Assembly: GCA_964016885.1 (NCBI GenBank) | Contig: OZ024740.1 | Coordinates: 274,412,001-274,476,000, forward strand | Direction of reading: 5' to 3' | DNA length: 64,000 nucleotides | From: Eledone cirrhosa | Taxonomy: Eukaryota | Shown: piece after piece, positions 55,854-64,000 of the stretch | How the letters are laid out: every line of letters begins with the position of its first letter | Position numbering within the stretch: position 1 is the stretch's first letter | Translations under genes and position numbers: made by a program | Notes under the pieces: generated by a model | Told to the model about the DNA's origin: nothing | Seen by the model: the letters and a program-made list of their open reading frames with translations, nothing else | Databases searched by the model: none

Positions 55854-56275
55854 ATATATATATATAGATATATATATATATAGATAGATATATATATATA
55901 CACACACATAATTATATATATATATATACATATATATAGTTACGTAATAATCAAATTAAAGATAATTATTTCATTTACCAAAGGTTTCACGAAGACAGAT
56001 GAGCTTGGCACATATGTCTGCCTTCAATCGCCAGAATGAAATGAATTTTATTAAATGGAAGTGAGATATGGATTTCAAAACAGAGTCTAAGATAAATGAA
56101 AGCGAGGCTGATATAAAATAACGGATATAATGCAGATGGGAAAAATAAAAATAAAAAATGTACATGTATATATACAAATACATATACATGCACATACACA
56201 CGCACACATGCACATACGCGTACCCAAAATTATGCACAAATATACATACTTCAATTATATATATATATACATATA

Positions 56276-58882
56276 TGAGGCCTATACTATCGCTTACCTG
56301 GTTGCCTTTCGATATGATGGATGGACTACGGAATTCTGGAGAGTTGAAGAGAGAAAAATCTGGACACTCAGCGACAATGCCAAAGATAACGACAAATTCA
56401 CCTCGTGGACAAGAATACAAGCACTCCTCCTCCTTGTTTCGGCTGTGGATGGCTAACATAACCGCATCTCCCCCCCACCACCCCACGCCCCACCGCTCCC
56501 ACCCTCCAAACGCAATCCAAAACTTCAGAGTTGGTACCTTGAATGTAGGCACCTTAAAGGGTCGCTCTAACGAGGTTGTAAAATTGCTTGAACGTAAGGA
56601 GGTCGATGTTTGTTGTATTCAAGAGACCAGGTGGAGGGGTGGGTCTGCTAGATTCATCGTGGGTAAAGAACGATGCTATAAGCTTTTCTGGGTGGGAAAT
56701 GACAATGGGCTGGGTGGAGTAGGATCATGGTAGCAGAAAAGTGGGCAGATAAGATAATAGACGTAAATAGAGTGAACGACAGAATAATTAAAGTAAGACT
56801 TGTCCTCAATAGAACTACGGTGACAGTAATATCTGTGTACGCACCCCAATCTGGACTGCCCGGCACTATAAAAGACAGATTCTATGAGACACTGATGCTC
56901 ACTACCTCTCAAATAACCGACAGTGACTATATAATTATTGCAGGTGACCTAAATGGTCACGTTGGACAACATTGTGACGGCTATGACGGAATCCATGGAG
57001 GCTATGGGTTTGGTACTAGAAATGAGGAAGGCTCCAGAATCCTGGAATTCTGTGACGCAAATAACCTAACTATCTGTAACACTAACTTAAAAAAACGAGA
57101 CAATCACTTTATCACCTATAGATCAGGGGAACACACAAGCTAGGTAGATTATATCCTTACCAGAAGACGTGACAGAGTGTCTGTTGTAAATACTAAATCC
57201 CTCCCCCATGAAGAATGCACCTCCCAACATAGACTGATAATTAGCGACCTCATAGTCATGTCGAGACGTACTAGACAGCAGAAGAGGACTATCCTCAGGA
57301 GAAAAATATGGAAGCTAAAGGACCCCACAGCCAGAAATAAATTTCAAAGCATATTACTTGATGCTTTCGACAGTAAGGAAGAGCAATTAGAGTCGTACAA
57401 TATAGAGGAACAGTGGGAATTCCTGAAGGCAAACTTGCTGACTGCGGCAGACGAAGTCTGTGGCTGGAGCAGGCCTGTAGGCAGGAGGAGAGTAACATGG
57501 TGGTGCAACAGTAAGGTGGAGGAGTCAATTAAGGCCAAAAAGCAGGCTTGGAAAGTATGGCGGGATGGGGGAAGTAGAGAAGACTATCAAGTGGTCAGGA
57601 GGGAAGCTAGGAGACAAGTGTACTTCGCAAGAAGGGAAGCAGAGGAAAGAAAGTTCAAGCATGTTCTACAATGTGAGGACCAAAAACGTGAGGTGTTCAG
57701 GATTGCTAGGCAATGTGTCAAGGAAAACCGTGATATTGTCGGGGAGAAGTGTGTACTTAATGATGATGGCGTACTTGCCATCACTGACACTGATAAGAAG
57801 GTAGCTTGGAAGTGTCACTACGAAAGGCTTCTAAATGAGGAGAATAAATGGGAGAAAGACAGTCTCCCCACATCGACCCAATAGAGGGACCAGCAGTGTT
57901 AATCGAAGGCAGTATAATAAGTAAGGCAATCAAAGATATGAAGACGGGTAAGGCGGCTGGGCCTTCGGAAATAGTTGCTGAGATGCTGAAAGCCTCTGGA
58001 ATGGTGGGACACACCATGGTCACCCGGATAGTAAACCAAGTCATACAGAATGGGGTTGTTCTGAAGGACTGGCGTAGTAGCATCATCATTAACTGTTACA
58101 AGGGTAAAGGAGATGCCCTAGATAGGAGTAACTATAGAGGCATTAAATTAATCGACCAGGTCATGAAGGTCACGGAAAAAGTAATAGCGCAACTAATCAG
58201 AGAGAGAATTGATCAGATGAAATGCAGTTCGAGTTTGTGTCAGGCAAAAGTACCACAGCCACTCTTTTCATTGTACGACAACTACAGGAGAAGTACCTAG
58301 CTAAAAGTAAACCCCTATACTTAGCTTTTGTTGACTTGGAGAAAGCCTTCGACAGAGTCCCCCGTGCCATTATCTGGTGGGCTCTTAGAAAACTAGATGT
58401 TGATGAATGGCTTGTGAGAGCTATACAAGCCATGATTAAAGAAACAGTCAGCAAGGTTAGAATTAACAACGAATATAGTGAAGAGTTTAGCGTAATAGTT
58501 GGTGTTCATCAGGGCTCTGTTCTTAGCCCCCTACTATTTATTATTTCCCTTCAGGCTATAACAGTGGAGTTTAACACCGGCTGCCCATGGGAACTCCTAT
58601 ACGCAGATGATCTAACGCTCATAGCTGAATCAATGGCCGAGCTAGAGAAGAAATTCCAAACATGGAAGCACGGCCTAGAATCAAAAGGCGTTAAAATTAA
58701 CCTGGCTAAGACTAAAGTTCTAGTTTGTAGGAAAGAAAATAAGGCGCTGGTCCCTTCCGGGAAATGGCCATGCTCAGTGTGTAGGAAAGGCGTAGGTAGA
58801 AACTCCATTTTCTGTCCCAAATGCAAAGTATGGGTGCATAAAAGATGTAGTGGGATCACAGGTAAGCTAACTAAGAACATAT
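56276..58882 (+). mobile_element. RTE LINE subfamily C with 5' end, full APE, RT and PHD; 3'-truncated
   Basis: GTLNVGTL, IQETRW, SVYAPQ, GDLNGHVG, SQHRL, NYRGIKL, FVDLEKAFDRVP, LLYADD; frameshifted. Confidence 0.96.
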
Positions 58883-58892
58883 AAGAAATATA

Positions 58893-59018
58893 TAGCATCG
58901 GCCACATATAAAATCTACGTTCTTAGATAGTTTAACTGTGATCCCGCTACATCTTTTATGTGCCCATAGTTTGTATTTGGGACGTAAAATGGAATTTCTA
59001 CCTACTCCTTTCCTACAC
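58893..59018 (-). mobile_element. Inverted RTE fragment covering only the PHD region
   Basis: [41 protein letters not shown]. Confidence 0.88.
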
Positions 59019-59064
59019 ACAGACACACACACACATATATATGCATATATATTTTTCTTCTCAA

Positions 59065-59318
59065 ATAAATTGTTTTCGTTTTTACTGAAGGAAAAGCTCA
59101 GGGGTATAGGCTTTGAGGATGTGGAAGAGAGGAAGGAGGCTGTGACGAGCAGCCTGGGCACCTTCATTTCAGAAGACTACAAGGGGGCCTTACAGAAATG
59201 GGTGGAGTGCTACAAATAGTGTATTGAAATTGGAGGGAGACTAGAGTCTTTTTGTTGATCTTACTTAAGTAAACATCTCTCAGATAAAAGTCACAAAACA
59301 TCTTGAGTGTGCCTCATA
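59065..59318 (+). mobile_element. Mariner-type transposase C-terminus and right TIR
   Basis: LF..LKEKLRG..FEDVEE.KEAV...L.......YKGALQKWVECYK*CIEIGG, then aaagtcacaaaacatcttgagtgtgcctcaTA. Confidence 0.8.
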
Positions 59319-60221
59319 TATATATATTGGTGTTACGAATGGCATCCAACCATAGAAAACAAGCCAAAATCACTTCTGTATTAGCAAAACATGGTCCTCG
59401 ACCCTGGATCTCTGAATTAATCTCCAGTTCTTAAAAGAACATATTCAGCACCCAATAGAACATGGATTCGACAAATTACCTCTATTATAAAATATAGGGC
59501 TACATTCTGAAGTAATATAGGAAAGGGATGTAAGAAGGTGGTCGTGGAAGTATTGAATTTGTATTAAAAGTTCTTGTATTCAATTTATAAATGCTCCCTC
59601 ATGCTACACAAATTAGGGCTAATATCAGCAAGTAAATGGCAATACAAGTTACCTAGATCAATGCAAGTACTTAATCTACCTGTAGAGAGAAGTTTATGCA
59701 GTTGTCATGTTGCAAGCTTTCTCATATGCTAAAATACTGATTGTAACTTACTCATAATGCAGAATCTACCTCCCCTCTTGTACCCAATTAAAAGTACAAT
59801 ACACAAGATACAATGACAAAGATGAGAGATTAACGCCTACAAAAATGGTCCTGGAACAAATGTTGTTTAGAAATATAACTTATGAGTTCATTTATTGGCT
59901 CTAGAGACACTAACATAGGTGTGCTTAGCATTGAGGGCTAAACGTTTTGAATAATAGATTGGCTAAATTCAAGAGCACATATATCATGATCATTGGCACC
60001 AATGTAGAGACTGAGATAGTCTTCAATTGTCAAAACAGTCAAGATGAATACATTTAATTCATGGTAAATACAGCAAAAACGTAATGTAGAAAACATTTAT
60101 TACTAGTGAATGGCAGAGGAAGTTTATGTGTTGTTGATCTTCTCAACAAACTCTAGCAAGTAACATTCAGATCAGATCTTGAACATAAATATAAATATAA
60201 GCTTGATTTCATTTGAGTTAA

Positions 60222-60605
60222 TTTTTTTTTTTAATAGTGAAGGAATATATTAATTCAAAAGCAAAATACAAACCTTATTTAGTAAGAAAAAAAAGGGGAA
60301 ACAAAAGGAAAGAGAGAATAGGGAAATATAGAAAAAAGAGAGAGAAAGAAAGAAGAAAAGGAATGGGAAAGGGAGCGGATGGTAAGAGCTCTGGTGTCGT
60401 AGAAGAGAGCAGGGGTGAAGGTGATTGGGCTTTGGTCCTAGGGCTAGGGGGCAGGAGTGGTGTGCCCCGTGGACTAGACGACAAAAGCATTCCCCCAGAC
60501 GATGGCCAGTGACACCCACTGCAACAGCCACCCAACCTCGTGTGGCTTCCTCCTCAGACGATGTTTTTGGAGGAGCTCGGCAGTAGGGGGTCCAAGTACT
60601 GATCT
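60222..60605 (-). mobile_element. CRE-like RLE element 3' end with poly(A)
   Basis: SVLGPPTAELL...PHEVGWLLQWVSLAIVWGNAFVV, a pyrimidine-rich UTR and an A-tail. Confidence 0.6.
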
Positions 60606-60677
60606 TGAATATTCTTGTTTAAATGTTTCTAATGACAATGTGTGATCAAATATATGAGTAATATATATATATATTTT

Positions 60678-60727
<50 letters not shown>

Positions 60728-61349
60728 TACTCTGAGTGAAAATGTATTACCTTCTCACATCATCGAGTGGTTTCATAACTACATTAAAAAATCTGATTAG
60801 TATCTGCTTTACTGTGGCTGCAACTTTTATGATTTATACCCATTATATATATATATATATATATACATTTTTGTATATATATATATATATTGTTTTGTCC
60901 TGAAAAAGGGAATAATTTACACTTTGATTACCTGTACAGGTAATATTTCTTCATATGGTGTATACATTTTTGGGGACACCCTATATATATATATTCTCTT
61001 TCTCTGTGTTCTGAGTACAAATACCACTGAGGTTAAATTTGCCTTTCATCCTTTTGGGTTTACTAATGTAACTATCCATATTGTGGTGAATAAACCATTA
61101 CTAAATCTCTATCACACCACTACTGATGATCACACACACACACACACACACATATAGCTACATGTCACATATACTCTCTCTTCTCTCACTCTCTCTGCCT
61201 AACACACACAACACACACATATTCACGCAAATACAGATGCATACACAAAATCAGAATGCTAGGAAATAGATACACAGTTATACTACACAGGTACACCTTT
61301 AATCCTCCCGACTGTGAGCATGCTGGAGCAATACACATACATACGCACA

Positions 61350-62690
<1,341 letters not shown>

Positions 62691-63039
62691 CACAGACATG
62701 TGAAAGTAGTTTCATAAATGTAGGCTTCAAATTTTACCTGTGTTACTAAAGTTAGTATAATTGAACAAAAGGTTTATCCCGTTAACTTTTCAATTATTGC
62801 ACTGTATCTAAATTTAATCACAGAAATATGCACACAGACTCACACAGATACAACACTTACACTCATACTCATACATATAGTTGTGTGTATAAATTATGTA
62901 TGCATCTATGTATTTCTGTTTTTATATTTCTTTCTCTCTATCTATCTATCTATCTATATACATATATATTTATGTGTATTATATATATATATATATATAT
63001 TTACATTTATATATATATATATATGTATAGACAAAAATG

Positions 63040-63076
<37 letters not shown>

Positions 63077-63903
63077 CATGCATATGTATGTATTTTGGAT
63101 ATATACAAGGCTTACAAATATATATATATGTGTGTGTTTGGGTGTGTTGTTTTGTGTATGCATGTAATTTTTTATTGAAAAAGAAGAGATTGTGTGTAGT
63201 TTGTATTTTCAAAAATCCTAGACAATAATAATCACAATAACAGACAGGCAAATACTAAAACTACAACTGCTGTAACTAGAACAAGTAAAATAACAAATAA
63301 CAACAACTTCATCGAAAGCAACAAGGAATTTTTTTTTTAATTATACTTGTAAATTTTATTATATGAGGAAACCAACAATGCAGGTGCGCAGATAAATAGC
63401 AAAAACAAAACTACAAACACACATAGGTATTATAGTAAAATAAACATTCCAAGGGGTTCCTGTGGCAGATATATAAATGGACAGACAAACAAACAAAATG
63501 TGTCTAAATGAAATGGACAAAAAAATGAAACATCAAATTAAAAAATCTCAGTGGAGTGAGTTTATAGAATATGAACTATGTAATTAAATCTTTAATGTAG
63601 AATTTATACCCACTCACTACAGAAAAATATCCCCATTGAATGAATGAAATTAGTAGAAAATAAAAGAAAAATAGTTTTTAATAAATTAAAGTAAAGGAAT
63701 GAAAATGAAAATTAATATTCATACACCCACTCACGTTTTTAGTAACCTTATAAAAAGAGTAGAAATTAAAAGAAATTAAATATAAATATATATATATATT
63801 AGTTTGATGTGGCAAATTTTTTCAAGCATGTCAGCTTCTGTGTTTTATAATGTGAAATATCAACAACAACGGCAATAATAATATCAATATCAATATCAAT
63901 ATC

Positions 63904-63904
<1 letters not shown>

Positions 63905-63956
<52 letters not shown>
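63905..63956. repeat. (TAA)n microsatellite
   Basis: Perfect run preceded by (ATATCA)n. Confidence 0.97.
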
Positions 63957-63958
<2 letters not shown>

Positions 63959-64000
63959 CCTTTATTTAGCCGCATTTAGAGACTTTACATACAATTCCAT

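Overview
AT-rich animal non-coding DNA packed with retroelements and microsatellites. The repeat complement suggests a coleoid cephalopod (octopus-like); this is an inference. No host protein-coding exon could be supported, and most ORF-track entries are (TA)n/(CA)n artefacts or antisense frames of LINEs. Contents: at least three RTE-clade LINE subfamilies (two preserve a PHD finger inside the RT domain; copies of the third are truncated downstream of it), RTE-X, BovB-like, R4/Dong and CRE-like fragments, Penelope-like element (PLE) pieces with hammerhead-ribozyme motifs, tRNA-CORE SINEs, Nin/Deu-domain SINEs, a 5S rRNA-derived relic, and mariner, Tigger-like and hAT-like ends. Most interesting: (i) several families of short hairpin-plus-tail elements embedded in (TA)n whose two arms co-vary within each copy and fold around hammerhead-like sequence; (ii) a SINE whose tail is a chimera of two different RTE families; (iii) apparent partitioning of microsatellite target types among element families; (iv) a locally duplicated, CpG-retaining promoter-like segment with a structured element between alternative splice donors (20.3-21.4 kb). 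Coordinates were read by eye and are approximate; no searches or folding programs were run.
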